Of a stretch of DNA of 64,000 nucleotides, positions 1 through 9,020 are shown piece after piece. Each line of letters opens with the position of its first letter. Position 1 is the first letter of the stretch. Source of the stretch: an uncultured bacterium (GTDB lineage: Bacteria; Verrucomicrobiota; Lentisphaeria; Victivallales; UBA1829). The notes under the pieces were generated by a model. That model was not told where the DNA came from. It saw only the letters and a program-made list of their open reading frames with translations, and did not search any database. Location: positions 355-64,354 of the forward strand of contig CACWOL010000004.1 of the NCBI GenBank assembly GCA_902762495.1, in the 5' to 3' direction. A program made the position numbers and the translations under genes.

Positions 1-1
1 T

Positions 2-1790
2 GATAAGCTTGTCCGCGCCAAAGAGACATTGGCTGCATATGAAGAAGAACTGCAGATTCGCAGAACCGTGCTTCAGTACCTGGAACTGAAGGAAGACGCA
101 CTGTTTGATACAGATCGCATCCTGAGGGCGGCAGACGGCAAGATCGAAGAACTATCGATCTTCTTCTCCCGGGCAGCCGTTGAGGCTGATGATTTGGAGG
201 CAGAGATTCGGAATCTTACCACCGGACAAACAATAGAGCTGACACCGGAGCTTCAGCATATGCTGGAAAGTCTCGATATCCCTGTTGTCTATGGGATGGA
301 ATGGCTGAAACGGAATGGGCATACGGAGGAAGCCAATCTTGCGCTGGTGGAGAAAAATCCTTTCCTTCCCTACTCATTACTGATGTCAGAAAAGGAGTTT
401 GAAAGGCTTCACAGTGCGGAGATTCCGGTGTATACCTCCGCGCCGATTCCCATTGTCACCAGGGAAAGTCTCGCTAATGGCGCCATGGTGACAGAAAATG
501 CCTCCGGCGGTATTCGTTTCTATATGCTCTTTAACTGCAACCTACTGAATGAAGAACGCCTGGAGGTACTGATCGCCCAGAAGAGGCGCGAGCTGGAGCG
601 CAAGCAGGCGGAGATCACGAGGAAGAAAAAAGAACACAGGGAGTATCTGGAACGTCGTACAAAAGTTGCTGACCAGAAAGTTACGAAGCTGCTTTACGAT
701 GAAGTGAATGATACGATCTCTGCTCTTACAGATCGGATTGAAAAGCTGCGCCGCGAATATACAGAAACAAAAGGACAGCTGGCTGATGCCCAGGCGGAAA
801 AGCAGCAATTAGAAGGGGAAATCGCAGCCCTGGAGCGGACATTTGACGAGAAGACCAGGGAGAAAAAGGACCTGGAAGAACTGACACAGGCATACGAGAG
901 GTATCTATCCAAGAAGGCGGAGCTTCAGAAGGCGGAGAAGAAGCTGAAAAGCCTGGATGCCGCCAAAGCTGAGCTACAGAACCAGATCGGCAAAATCGCG
1001 GATGAGATTCGGCTTCTGGAAGAGCGGCAGTCGGAGTTGAAGGTTCAAGAATCGGATGCGTCAAAAGAACTTACCGCATATGAGTGGTATCAGGAAGCAG
1101 CGGCTCCTGTAGGATTTGACGCTCTTCTTCAGGGAGACTATACAGCCCTCGCTGCCCGATATCGGGCCATTACGGATACAGTGGCAAGAGAAGAAAAAGA
1201 GCTGGAAGCGGCGCGGCAGAAGGCAGCGGACAGGCTTCAGAAAGCTCAGAAGGAACTGTACCGCCGGGCCCAGAAATATGGGTTTTCCGAAGAAGACTGG
1301 AAGAACGTCCGCTTCAGTGTGGCTTCGCAGGACCATGCAGAATCCCAGATTGGCGCATTGAGGGCGAAAATCCAGGAAAATACGAACAAAAAGCATGCAC
1401 TTGACATCCAGAAGAACAGACAGGAGGAAGCCCTTCGGGGAATTCTGGAACGGATGCAGCGCGATTGCGGGGTACAGATACCGCTCTCCCAGGAAGAAGT
1501 TCCTGTTACCAATTTTGAAGAACAGAAAAAAGTACTGCTCCACCAGAAGGGAGAGCACGAAAGAACTGCTGAACTGCTGAATGGAAGGATTTCTATCTAT
1601 GGATCGAATCTGACATCCCTCTCGGAATATCAGGATGTACCGGTTTCAGAGTTCGTGCGGTTTAAAGAAGATTTCGGACATTTTTCAGAAACAGAATTCC
1701 GGGCATTTACCGGAAGGATCCAGAGGGAGTACCGCTCCTTAGTTGAGGAAACTTCAGAACAGAAGAACCGCCTGGAAAAGGTGCTCAAAC
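2..1790 (+). pseudogene. SMC-like long coiled-coil ATPase fragment (resembles Firmicutes Wadjet type III JetC); open at the window start, C-terminal head missing after the junction at ~1790
   Basis: Frame is open from position 2; long E/K/Q-rich heptad coiled coil around a globular segment (VVYGMEWLKRNG...NPFLPYSLLMS). Past ~1790 the ORF is only the antisense of the AraC gene and composition jumps to host-like high GC. The family call is from memory of the motif. Confidence 0.5.
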
Positions 1791-2521
1791 AGGTCGTTCA
1801 GGTACTGGCAGAACGTCAGCCCCGTCGTCTCCTGGAAATGAACATGGAACGCGCTCCTGCTCATCCCGGTGATCCGCAGGGCTTCTTCGACCGTGACCGG
1901 GCGGACGTACATGCTGTCCAGGTAGAACAGCAGTTCGGAGATGCGGCGTTCGGGGTCGCCCGAGTCGGGCGAGACGGGGCCGCGTGGCAGTTCGGGCAGG
2001 TGGAACCCGATCTCCAGCATGGCACCAAGCAGGGAATTGACTCGCAGGGCATTGCCGAACGCGGGCTTTTTCTGGAGGTCCATGATGCGGTGCAGGATCT
2101 CGCCGCAGGTCTTGCTGTCCGCCTCGGACAATGGCAGCAGATAACCGTTTTTCTCCACGTAGCGCTTGAGGTGGTCCATCAGGAACGCCGCTTCGGACGA
2201 GGCCGTGGTGTCGCCGACGCAATACCGCACGGACTGCATCAGCACGGCGGTCCGGCAGCCGGATTCCGATGCGCAGAACACGTGCGGTTTTCCGGGCGGG
2301 ATGAGCAGGAGATCGCCGACTTTCACGCGCTGACGCCACTGGCCGACGGCCTGGATGCCGCCGCCTTCGCAGCAGTAGAACCACTCGTATTCATCGGGAT
2401 GCATGTGCTGGCGGCAGCTCGAAACGTCGCCTTGGAACGGGTGCAGATAAACGTCAAGCACATTCGGCATGACACGGATTTTTCGGACTCCGGACGGTGC
2501 TTTTTTCATAGGGCGGGCCAC
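1754..2521 (-). pseudogene. AraC family transcriptional regulator (cupin + HTH), truncated after the first HTH
   Basis: HMHPDEYEW cupin, GDLLLIPPGKPH, and MSRSAFHVHFQETTGLTFCQYLNDL. The expected R and second HTH are replaced by unrelated FEHLFQAVLLF read from the SMC-like DNA. Confidence 0.8.
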
Positions 2522-2554
2522 TTCTCAATTGGGGGTGTGAAGTTGAGTTTCTGA

Positions 2555-2583
2555 AATATATCCACGATTGTACGCAATATCAA
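2555..2583 (-). promoter_or_regulatory. sigma70-type promoter of the AraC gene
   Basis: TTGATA-17 nt-TATATT on the minus strand. Confidence 0.5.
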
Positions 2584-2723
2584 CCATTTTCCTCGCTTTT
2601 TTTTGTGTTTTTTTGTGCCGGAAAAGGAATGAAACGTTACTTACCGTTGAAAGAATTGATTTTGAGTTCAAGTCTTACGTATTCAAACAATGATGCCTTC
2701 TCAGCAGCTGAACTCGGGAAACA

Positions 2724-2880
2724 ACAAAAAAGAACCCGGCAAATCCTGAATGAAAGGATCGCCGGGCCCCGTATACTGTTCAAAAGAACGGAAGATTATT
2801 TCTGCACGTTCTTCATGGCAGTTTCGTCGTCTTCGGGAGCATAGAACTCGATGTTGATGCTCATGCCGCCACCCATGCCA
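2724..2880 (-). repeat. Distal copy of the DUF3237 gene 3' end plus terminator (direct repeat of ~4275-4430)
   Basis: Encodes the identical MSINIEFYAPEDDETAMKNVQK-stop, followed by the same CCCGG..ATCC/GGAT..CCGGG hairpin and U-tract. Confidence 0.95.
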
Positions 2881-3299
2881 CCCATCTTGGGGTAGTCTCC
2901 GATATTGCCGGGGACGCCGCCTGAGGGATGATTGCAGGCAAAAACAATAGCCTGATCAAGAAGATTGAATACAATATCGGGCTCCGTACTATGATTAAAC
3001 GTTACGCCGACCCAATCCGGGCCAAACATCCGGATTGGGAAAGACAAATATGGCTTTCCAAGTTCAAGGATAGACTGTTGCCCACACCTAATGTCGCATC
3101 GCTCAATATCCATGCCAGCTTCCATGTCCCATTGTCGCATCAGTAACGCAATCCATTCGTTTGTTCGAGCATTTGAATAAGACAATATATCGCCTCTGAA
3201 TAAATCATTATGCTTCTCAAGGATATTATATTTCTCTTTTGCATATGCTGTAAAATCCGATAGTTTCATTGTTTTTCTCCATTCGTTGGAAATCTTCAA
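2796..3299 (-). CDS. MmcQ/YjbR-like protein fused in frame to the duplicated DUF3237-gene tail (chimeric ORF)
   Basis: YAKEKYNI..WIALLMRQWD..ERCDIRCG..DWVGVTF..IVFNLLDQA resembles YjbR/MmcQ; AT-rich; the last 22 aa are identical to the 4345-5274 protein. Confidence 0.6.
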   Translation of the reverse strand: MKISNEWRKTMKLSDFTAYAKEKYNILEKHNDLFRGDILSYSNARTNEWIALLMRQWDMEAGMDIERCDIRCGQQSILELGKPYLSFPIRMFGPDWVGVTFNHSTEPDIVFNLLDQAIVFACNHPSGGVPGNIGDYPKMGGMGGGMSINIEFYAPEDDETAMKNVQK

Positions 3300-3338
3300 T
3301 CGAATTCAAATAAAATATCTTTCCAACTTTTTTTCTTG

Positions 3339-4136
3339 TCAAAAACCATTTGGCGCCTTATTCCCGAAATCGTCTCTAAACTTCTGATCTTCTTTCAGGA
3401 GGCGCTTGCGGATATCTTTTAGAACTTCAGGAATGCCCTGTGGGAAATCGGACGCGACAGGGGCACCCCAGTAATGCATTTTAAGAACCATCGCTTCCAG
3501 GCCATCCATGGCCAGTTCATGACCTTGTTCAGCCGCCATTTTAAGCCACTTGACGGCCTCTTCATAATCTTGCTTGACACCTCTACCTTCCCAACAGCAC
3601 CCACCAAATGACCATTGCCCGTCGGCATTGCCCTGTTCCGCCGACTTTCTGTACCACTTGGCGCACTTGATATTGTCCTGTTCGACGCCTTGGTAATACT
3701 CATAACACCAGCCAAGTCGCCATTGTGCTTGGGCGTGGTCCTGTTCCGCAGCCTTATAGAGCCACTTAACAGCCTCATCATATTCTTCTTCTTGATAAAG
3801 GTATTCGCCCAGTTGGTATTGAGCCTCGGCATACCCCTTTTCCGCGGACTTACGAAGAAATTCGAGAGCCTCGTCCCAGTCCATATACTCCTCAAAAGTA
3901 GAGAGTTCGTACATAGCCTTTGCACTACCGGCATCTGCTGCAAGCTTAAACCATTTGAAGGCTTCTTCTTCATCTTGTTCCACCCCATAGCCCAATCGGT
4001 AACACATTGCGAGCGTCATCTGGGACTCGATGTGCCCATTTTCGGCGGCCTTACGAATAGCAGGAAGCATGTGGAGAAGCTGGTTTAAGTCAAACGTATC
4101 ATCTTTTTTTTTCATTAGGGTGTTGTTCCATGACAA
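3339..4136 (-). CDS. Sel1-like repeat (TPR) protein
   Basis: Repeated GVEQDxxEAxKWyxKAAEQGxAxAQ motifs; AAAGGAACC upstream of a TTG start. Confidence 0.9.
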   Translation of the reverse strand: MSWNNTLMKKKDDTFDLNQLLHMLPAIRKAAENGHIESQMTLAMCYRLGYGVEQDEEEAFKWFKLAADAGSAKAMYELSTFEEYMDWDEALEFLRKSAEKGYAEAQYQLGEYLYQEEEYDEAVKWLYKAAEQDHAQAQWRLGWCYEYYQGVEQDNIKCAKWYRKSAEQGNADGQWSFGGCCWEGRGVKQDYEEAVKWLKMAAEQGHELAMDGLEAMVLKMHYWGAPVASDFPQGIPEVLKDIRKRLLKEDQKFRDDFGNKAPNGF

Positions 4137-4190
4137 GGTTCCTTTTTGGGGGACTGAGGGGAAACGGGGAATATAACATATAAACGGTTT

Positions 4191-4218
4191 ACTATACCCC
4201 CCTTTTTAAGAATGTCAA
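4191..4218 (-). promoter_or_regulatory. sigma70 promoter driving the islet cargo (Sel1, MmcQ-like)
   Basis: TTGACA-16 nt-TATAGT on the minus strand. Confidence 0.6.
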
Positions 4219-4275
4219 GCTTTTTAGAACGACAAAGGGGTATTACTTTATAAATACCTCTCTTTTATCAACGCA

Positions 4276-4318
4276 CAAAAAGGACCCGGAAATCCTAAAT
4301 GAAAGGATCGCCGGGTCC
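4276..4318 (-). terminator. Rho-independent terminator of the DUF3237 gene
   Basis: GGACCCGG...CCGGGTCC stem followed by TTTTT on the minus strand. Confidence 0.75.
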
Positions 4319-4344
4319 AGTATATCGTTCAGAGGAACGGAGGA

Positions 4345-5274
4345 TTATTTCTGCACATTCTTCATGGCAGTCTCGTCATCTTCGGGAGCATAGAACTCAA
4401 TGTTGATGCTCATGCCCATACCGCCGCCCATGCCGCCGGCAGGACGATTGCCGCCAGCCGCGGGAGCCGCGCCACCGGCGGGAGCATTACCGGCAGGAGC
4501 CGCACCGGGAGCACCGGCAGGAGCACCGCCTCCGAAGCCGGGAAAACCGCCCATGCCGCCGCCCATCGGGGGCATACCGCCGCCGAAGCCGCCCATGCCG
4601 CCGCCGAAGCCGCCGAATCCGGCAGGAGCGCCGCCGGCAGGAGCGTTACCCGCGGGAGCCGCACCGGAAGGAGCGCCGGCAGCAGGCGCTGGAGCCCGAT
4701 TCGGAGCAGGAGCGCCGCCGGGAGCTCCGCCCCCGAAGCCCGGGAAGCCGCCCATGCCGCCGCCCATCGGGGACATACCGCCGCCAAAGCCGCCCATGCC
4801 GCCGCCGAAACCGCCCATAGCGATCCGGGCTTCCCAGTCGGTGGTTTCGAGCCAGCGGAGTTTCGGATTGTCGGTCAGGACGTACGGCTTGAGCACACCG
4901 TTCACCTGGCTGTTGTCGATGAAGATCTTGGTCGGGGTGCCGTCGGCGTCCTTGCCAACGAGGATGTAACGCGCGGAGATCGAGCCGCTGCGCTGCGTAT
5001 CGACCGCGCCGGGCTGGATCTCGCCCTTGAAGAACGTGGTGTCGAGGTCGCCGTGGAAGAGGATCATGTTGGCGCTGCCTTTGCCGCCCTGCACGTTGAA
5101 CATCTGGTCCAGGACCACGTGTATCTGGAAGACTTTCTTGCGTGCGACCTGTTTGGCGGCGGCGTTCGCGCCGGCCGTGGGCCGGGCGTTCTGGGCGCTC
5201 ACGATCATGGGGACGCCGACCAGGGTTGCGCACACGGCCGTGGCCGTGGCGGCATACAGGATGCTTTTCTTCAT
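4345..5274 (-). CDS. Secreted DUF3237-like protein with a long Gly/Phe/Met/Ala/Pro low-complexity insertion
   Basis: Signal peptide MKKSILYAATATAVCA...VSA-QN; VFQIHV..MILFHG..FKGEIQPGAVDTQ..SARYIL beta-barrel motifs; GGMGGFGGG repeats. Confidence 0.7.
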   Translation of the reverse strand: MKKSILYAATATAVCATLVGVPMIVSAQNARPTAGANAAAKQVARKKVFQIHVVLDQMFNVQGGKGSANMILFHGDLDTTFFKGEIQPGAVDTQRSGSISARYILVGKDADGTPTKIFIDNSQVNGVLKPYVLTDNPKLRWLETTDWEARIAMGGFGGGMGGFGGGMSPMGGGMGGFPGFGGGAPGGAPAPNRAPAPAAGAPSGAAPAGNAPAGGAPAGFGGFGGGMGGFGGGMPPMGGGMGGFPGFGGGAPAGAPGAAPAGNAPAGGAAPAAGGNRPAGGMGGGMGMSINIEFYAPEDDETAMKNVQK

Positions 5275-5324
5275 TTCTGAAACCTTTCTTCTTAAGGTTA
5301 AATGGATTTGCTCCCACCGTCTTT

Positions 5325-5804
5325 TCAGGTGCGGAAGCCGTAAATAAAAAGATAGAACATGAATTCTAGGACATCGCGCAAATCTTCCGCGCCCTTCACT
5401 GCCAGCTCGGGGATGCCGTTGCAGTTGCCGTTCGAGTAGAACTCCGCGATACGGCCGTTCTGCCGGATCGACCACTTCGGGAAGCCGTTTCCGTTGCCGT
5501 TGTCGTAGATGGCGACATAACGGCCTTTGAACTCGAAATAATAGATCGGGAAGCCGTTTCCATTGCCGTTCGGGTAAAACTCCGTACCGCGCGAACCGTA
5601 CTTGAAATACCCGACGGGGATGCCGTTGCAGTTGCCATTCGGGTAAACCTCGCAGGCGCGGGACGATTTCTTCATCGACCAGAACGGCATGCCGTTGCAG
5701 TTGCCGTTGTCATAGACGACCAGATAGCCGCGCTGGCTGGTCATGGAGGCGTACGGCATGCCGTTGCAGTTGCCGCTCTTGTAGGCGCAGATCATGGAAC
5801 TCAT
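5325..5804 (-). CDS. Hypothetical protein with six 23-aa Yx(N/S)GN(C/G)NGxP repeats
   Basis: Exact 23-aa periodicity; host-like codon usage. Confidence 0.8.
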   Translation of the reverse strand: MSSMICAYKSGNCNGMPYASMTSQRGYLVVYDNGNCNGMPFWSMKKSSRACEVYPNGNCNGIPVGYFKYGSRGTEFYPNGNGNGFPIYYFEFKGRYVAIYDNGNGNGFPKWSIRQNGRIAEFYSNGNCNGIPELAVKGAEDLRDVLEFMFYLFIYGFRT

Positions 5805-5906
5805 GGGAACCCCGGGGCGAAGGAAATCGGAGGATTTGCGGGATGCGGCGGAGCGGCCGGATTCGAATTCGGACCGCCCCGCCCGGAATGGTGAACTGAA
5901 CTCAGA

Positions 5907-6926
5907 TCAGTCCGCCCACTCGGTGATGGCCGCGACCGCGGCGCAGTCCACGATGTCGTCCACGGAGCAGCCGCGGGAGACGTCGGTGAACGGGCGGCGG
6001 AGGCCCTGGATCAGCGGTCCGATGGCCGTGGCGCCGGCGAGGCGTTCCGTGGCCTTGTACATGGTGTTGCCGCAGTTCAGGTCGGGGAAGATGAGGACGT
6101 TGGCCTGGCCGGCGACCGGGGAGCCCGGCGCTTTCTTCTTGGCGATGTCCGGGATGATCGCGGCGTCGAACTGGAGTTCGCCGTCGATGAGCAGGTCGGG
6201 GGCGAGCGCCTTGGCCTTGGCTGTGGCTTCGACGACCTTGTCGATGATCGGGTCGTGCGCGGAGCCCTTGGAGGAGCAGCTGATCATGGCGACCTTCGGC
6301 TCCTGGCCGGTGTACTGGCGGAACGTCTTCGCCGTGGTGACGGCGATCTCGGCGAGCTGGTCGGCGTCGGGATTGATGTTCAGGCCGCAGTCGGCGTAGA
6401 AGAAGACGCCTTCATAGCCCCACTTCGGATCGGGGAGCTGCATGATGAAGAACGCGGAGGCGATGTGGTTGCCTTTGGCGGTCTTGAAGAGCTGGAGCGC
6501 GGGCTTCGTCTTCTGGGCGGTGTTGTGCGCGTAGCCGTTCGGATTGCCGCCGCCGGACACATAGCCGTGGGCGTCTCCGGCGCAAACCATGGCGGCGGAG
6601 AAAACGCAGGTGTCCTTCAGCCATTCGCGGGCCTGTTCCGGGGTCAGCCCCTTGTTCTTGCGGATCTCGACGCAGACGTCGATGTACTTCTGCAGGTTCG
6701 GGGTCTTCAGGATGTCCACGACCTCGACGCCGTCGAGGGACACGCCGTTTTCGGCGGCGAGCTTGCGGATGGCGTCTTCATCGCCGACCAGGACGGGTTT
6801 CACATAGCCGAGCTTCGCGAGCTTTTCGGCCGCTTTCAGGTTGCGGGGGTCGTCGCTTTCGGTCAGGCAGACTTTTCTGCCCAGGGACTTCGCTTTTGCG
6901 CGAATGGATTCGAGCACGTTGGCCAT
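5907..6926 (-). CDS. pta: Phosphate acetyltransferase
   Basis: ADCGLNINPD, DGELQFDAA, ANVLIFPDLNCGN and DVSRGCSVDDI motifs. Confidence 0.95.
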   Translation of the reverse strand: MANVLESIRAKAKSLGRKVCLTESDDPRNLKAAEKLAKLGYVKPVLVGDEDAIRKLAAENGVSLDGVEVVDILKTPNLQKYIDVCVEIRKNKGLTPEQAREWLKDTCVFSAAMVCAGDAHGYVSGGGNPNGYAHNTAQKTKPALQLFKTAKGNHIASAFFIMQLPDPKWGYEGVFFYADCGLNINPDADQLAEIAVTTAKTFRQYTGQEPKVAMISCSSKGSAHDPIIDKVVEATAKAKALAPDLLIDGELQFDAAIIPDIAKKKAPGSPVAGQANVLIFPDLNCGNTMYKATERLAGATAIGPLIQGLRRPFTDVSRGCSVDDIVDCAAVAAITEWAD

Positions 6927-7216
6927 TCTAAGGAATCTCCTTGACTGAGTTTTTTGGATGGTTCAGCGCACGGGGACGCAGTCGACGAACTCATGCGCGT
7001 TGTTTGTTTGAACGTGGGGACGCGCGAAAACCGCAGGCGCATATCCCATGCGTCCGCGAGCCGTGCGCGTTACCTAACCATAATGTATCACAAAAAACGA
7101 AAACTGAAAGTGCAAAACACATTTTTTTCGTCTTTTTTTGCCTTTTTTTCGTTTCATGCTTGATTTTTCGCCTCATCGGGTGTAAAGTATATTCTGTAAT
7201 CCAGTTTATTTGGAGT

Positions 7217-7299
7217 GCTCGGGTGGCGGAATTGGCAGACGCGCTAGCTTGAGGTGCTAGTGGGCAACCGTGGGAGTTCAAATCTCCCCTCGAGCACCA
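7217..7299 (+). tRNA. tRNA-Leu (anticodon GAG)
   Basis: GCTCGGG/CTCGAGC acceptor stem, GGCGGAATTGGCAGAC D-arm, CTAGC-TTGAGGT-GCTAG anticodon arm, variable arm, GGGAG-TTCAAAT-CTCCC T-arm, encoded CCA. Confidence 0.97.
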
Positions 7300-7452
7300 T
7301 TTTTTGTTTTAAAGGGGCGGATCACACATCCTGCGCTTGAGCGGAGCCAGACACACCGCAAGCGGTGTTGATTCAGTGCGCGGCTGTGCTCGCGCACATA
7401 TACCGTCGCGAAGCCTGGCCCGCAGCAGAGAACTTGTCCCATTTCCTGTGTC

Positions 7453-7494
7453 CGAGCGAAGCCGGACACTACCGCAGTGGAGGACTTGTCCTCC
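7453..7494. repeat. GTGG-tagged REP-like palindrome, copy A
   Basis: CGAGCGAAGC-12 nt-CAGTGGAGGACTTGTCCTCC; inverted copy at 38291-38332. Confidence 0.75.
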
Positions 7495-8752
7495 CTTCCC
7501 CCCGATCAACGTCCGACTCTGTCTCATATTCCGACAGATGTCTGTCGCCCTCCTTCGGGTTCAGGTACATATCGAATTGGATCCTCCAGTAGGACTTCTC
7601 GCCGAACGCTTCGGAATCCACGGGTCCGAGCCGGATGTCCGAGAACCCGTTAGTGTAATATAAACAGGCTTTCGCATAATGCCCCCTGATTCTGATAAAT
7701 ACTGTTCTGTAAACCCGGAGCGAACACGCCTTGAGCCCGTTGGCGTCCCAGATGCGGATGACCTCTTCGATGGGGATGGATATCTCCCTGCGCGTGTATC
7801 CATCCTCCGGCGCCATCGTCTGTTCCTTCAGGAACCGGGCCGGCGCATCGGTCAATTCCTTTCTGAAGAGTTCGCGTTCCTTGTCAAACTCCCTTCCGTT
7901 GCCGAACGGCCGGATATTGCCGTCGAAGAGATTCTTTTCCGGCACGGATTCCCCTTCGCCGACCAAAAGGATCCCGTCGTCCGGATCGTCGGAATGGAGG
8001 CGGACGATGAAGACCGCGGGATACTGGATCGGAACGCCCCAGTCGTCAACGACGTCGGGAAACTCCCTGAAGACGATCTCGCCCCATTCGTCCCGCAGGA
8101 AATCAAGTTCGAAATACCTGGCCGCTTCCGGTTTCTTCCCGAAAGGGACGTAGCGAGAATACACATCAAAGTACCCGGTAAAGGGAGTCACGTAAAACTC
8201 GATGAAGTGGTTTCTCCGATTGGCCATTTCGTATATCACGTCCTCGGTCTCATGATCCAGAGTCCGGACTTTTCTCGGCGGCGGCGGCTTTTTCCGCATC
8301 ACGACGCGCATGTCGCCCCACTGAGACACTTTTTTCCCGTCCGCCGTGACCTCGTATTTCTGATCAATGCGGTATTCCTCAGTGTAATACCCCTCCTTGA
8401 CAAAGTATATGCTTTCTACTTCGCCCCTGCGGAACAGTACTTTGTCCCGAACACGGAATTCCCCGTCGACGGTCATGCGCCGGGGGATACTCTCAGACTG
8501 ATTCCAGGATGGTGTGTCCGGCCACCTACTGTAAAAGAGAAGATTGAAAATCCTCGGATACGGCGGCGGCACATAATAAGTGACCCCGACTGTGACGCCG
8601 TCAAGCGGCGCGCCGCTTTCGTCCACGATGGTCCCGCAAATAGTCTGCGTGGGTACGGTCCTCCCGACTTCGATCAGGACAATCAGGCAGGCAGCCCCCA
8701 GAAGGAGGAAAAGGAATAATCGGATCTCACGTTTTCGTTCAGCGTTCAACAT
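7469..8752 (-). CDS. Membrane-anchored hypothetical protein with an N-terminal carboxypeptidase-regulatory-like domain
   Basis: N-terminal TM helix; GTIVDESGAPLDGVTV and FVKEGYY motifs. Confidence 0.65.
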   Translation of the reverse strand: MLNAERKREIRLFLFLLLGAACLIVLIEVGRTVPTQTICGTIVDESGAPLDGVTVGVTYYVPPPYPRIFNLLFYSRWPDTPSWNQSESIPRRMTVDGEFRVRDKVLFRRGEVESIYFVKEGYYTEEYRIDQKYEVTADGKKVSQWGDMRVVMRKKPPPPRKVRTLDHETEDVIYEMANRRNHFIEFYVTPFTGYFDVYSRYVPFGKKPEAARYFELDFLRDEWGEIVFREFPDVVDDWGVPIQYPAVFIVRLHSDDPDDGILLVGEGESVPEKNLFDGNIRPFGNGREFDKERELFRKELTDAPARFLKEQTMAPEDGYTRREISIPIEEVIRIWDANGLKACSLRVYRTVFIRIRGHYAKACLYYTNGFSDIRLGPVDSEAFGEKSYWRIQFDMYLNPKEGDRHLSEYETESDVDRGEGRTSPPLR

Positions 8753-9020
8753 GATGGAGCTTTCTCTGTTGTTTCAAAACTGCAAAAGGCATCAACAATG
8801 CAGATACTATACCGCATGTTCATTAAGAAATCAAATTGCAAGGGGATCGTTCCCCTGACATTTTATCGAAAACCGTCGAAGAGGCGGGTTTTTCTCTTTT
8901 CAGCCTGAAAACCTCCGTCTTTTTCGCGTTTTTCCCTTGCGGAATCGGCCTCGGGCGTGTATATTATTAGGATAAGAATTTTCAACCGCATTTTTGAACT
9001 CAATCCGGAGTACGTTTCCC

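Noticed and set aside
29-2554. 841-aa ORF as a single real protein
   Set aside because: The portion after ~1790 is the antisense of the AraC gene.
2724-4430. Integron cassettes or a DGR template/variable repeat pair
   Set aside because: No attC RYYYAAC/GTTRRRY boxes, no integrase or reverse transcriptase, and the differences are synonymous rather than adenine-specific.
5400-5790. 69-bp periodic repeat (GCCGTTGCAGTTGCCG core) as a CRISPR array
   Set aside because: The conserved core is short, varies at codon level and stays in frame in one ORF; no cas genes are nearby.
6945-7080. Riboswitch in the long pta leader
   Set aside because: GC-rich with possible pairing, but no recognisable aptamer consensus; it would need an Rfam search.
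7217-8900. tRNA-Leu-anchored integrative element
   Set aside because: No integrase, and no duplicated tRNA 3' end was found downstream.
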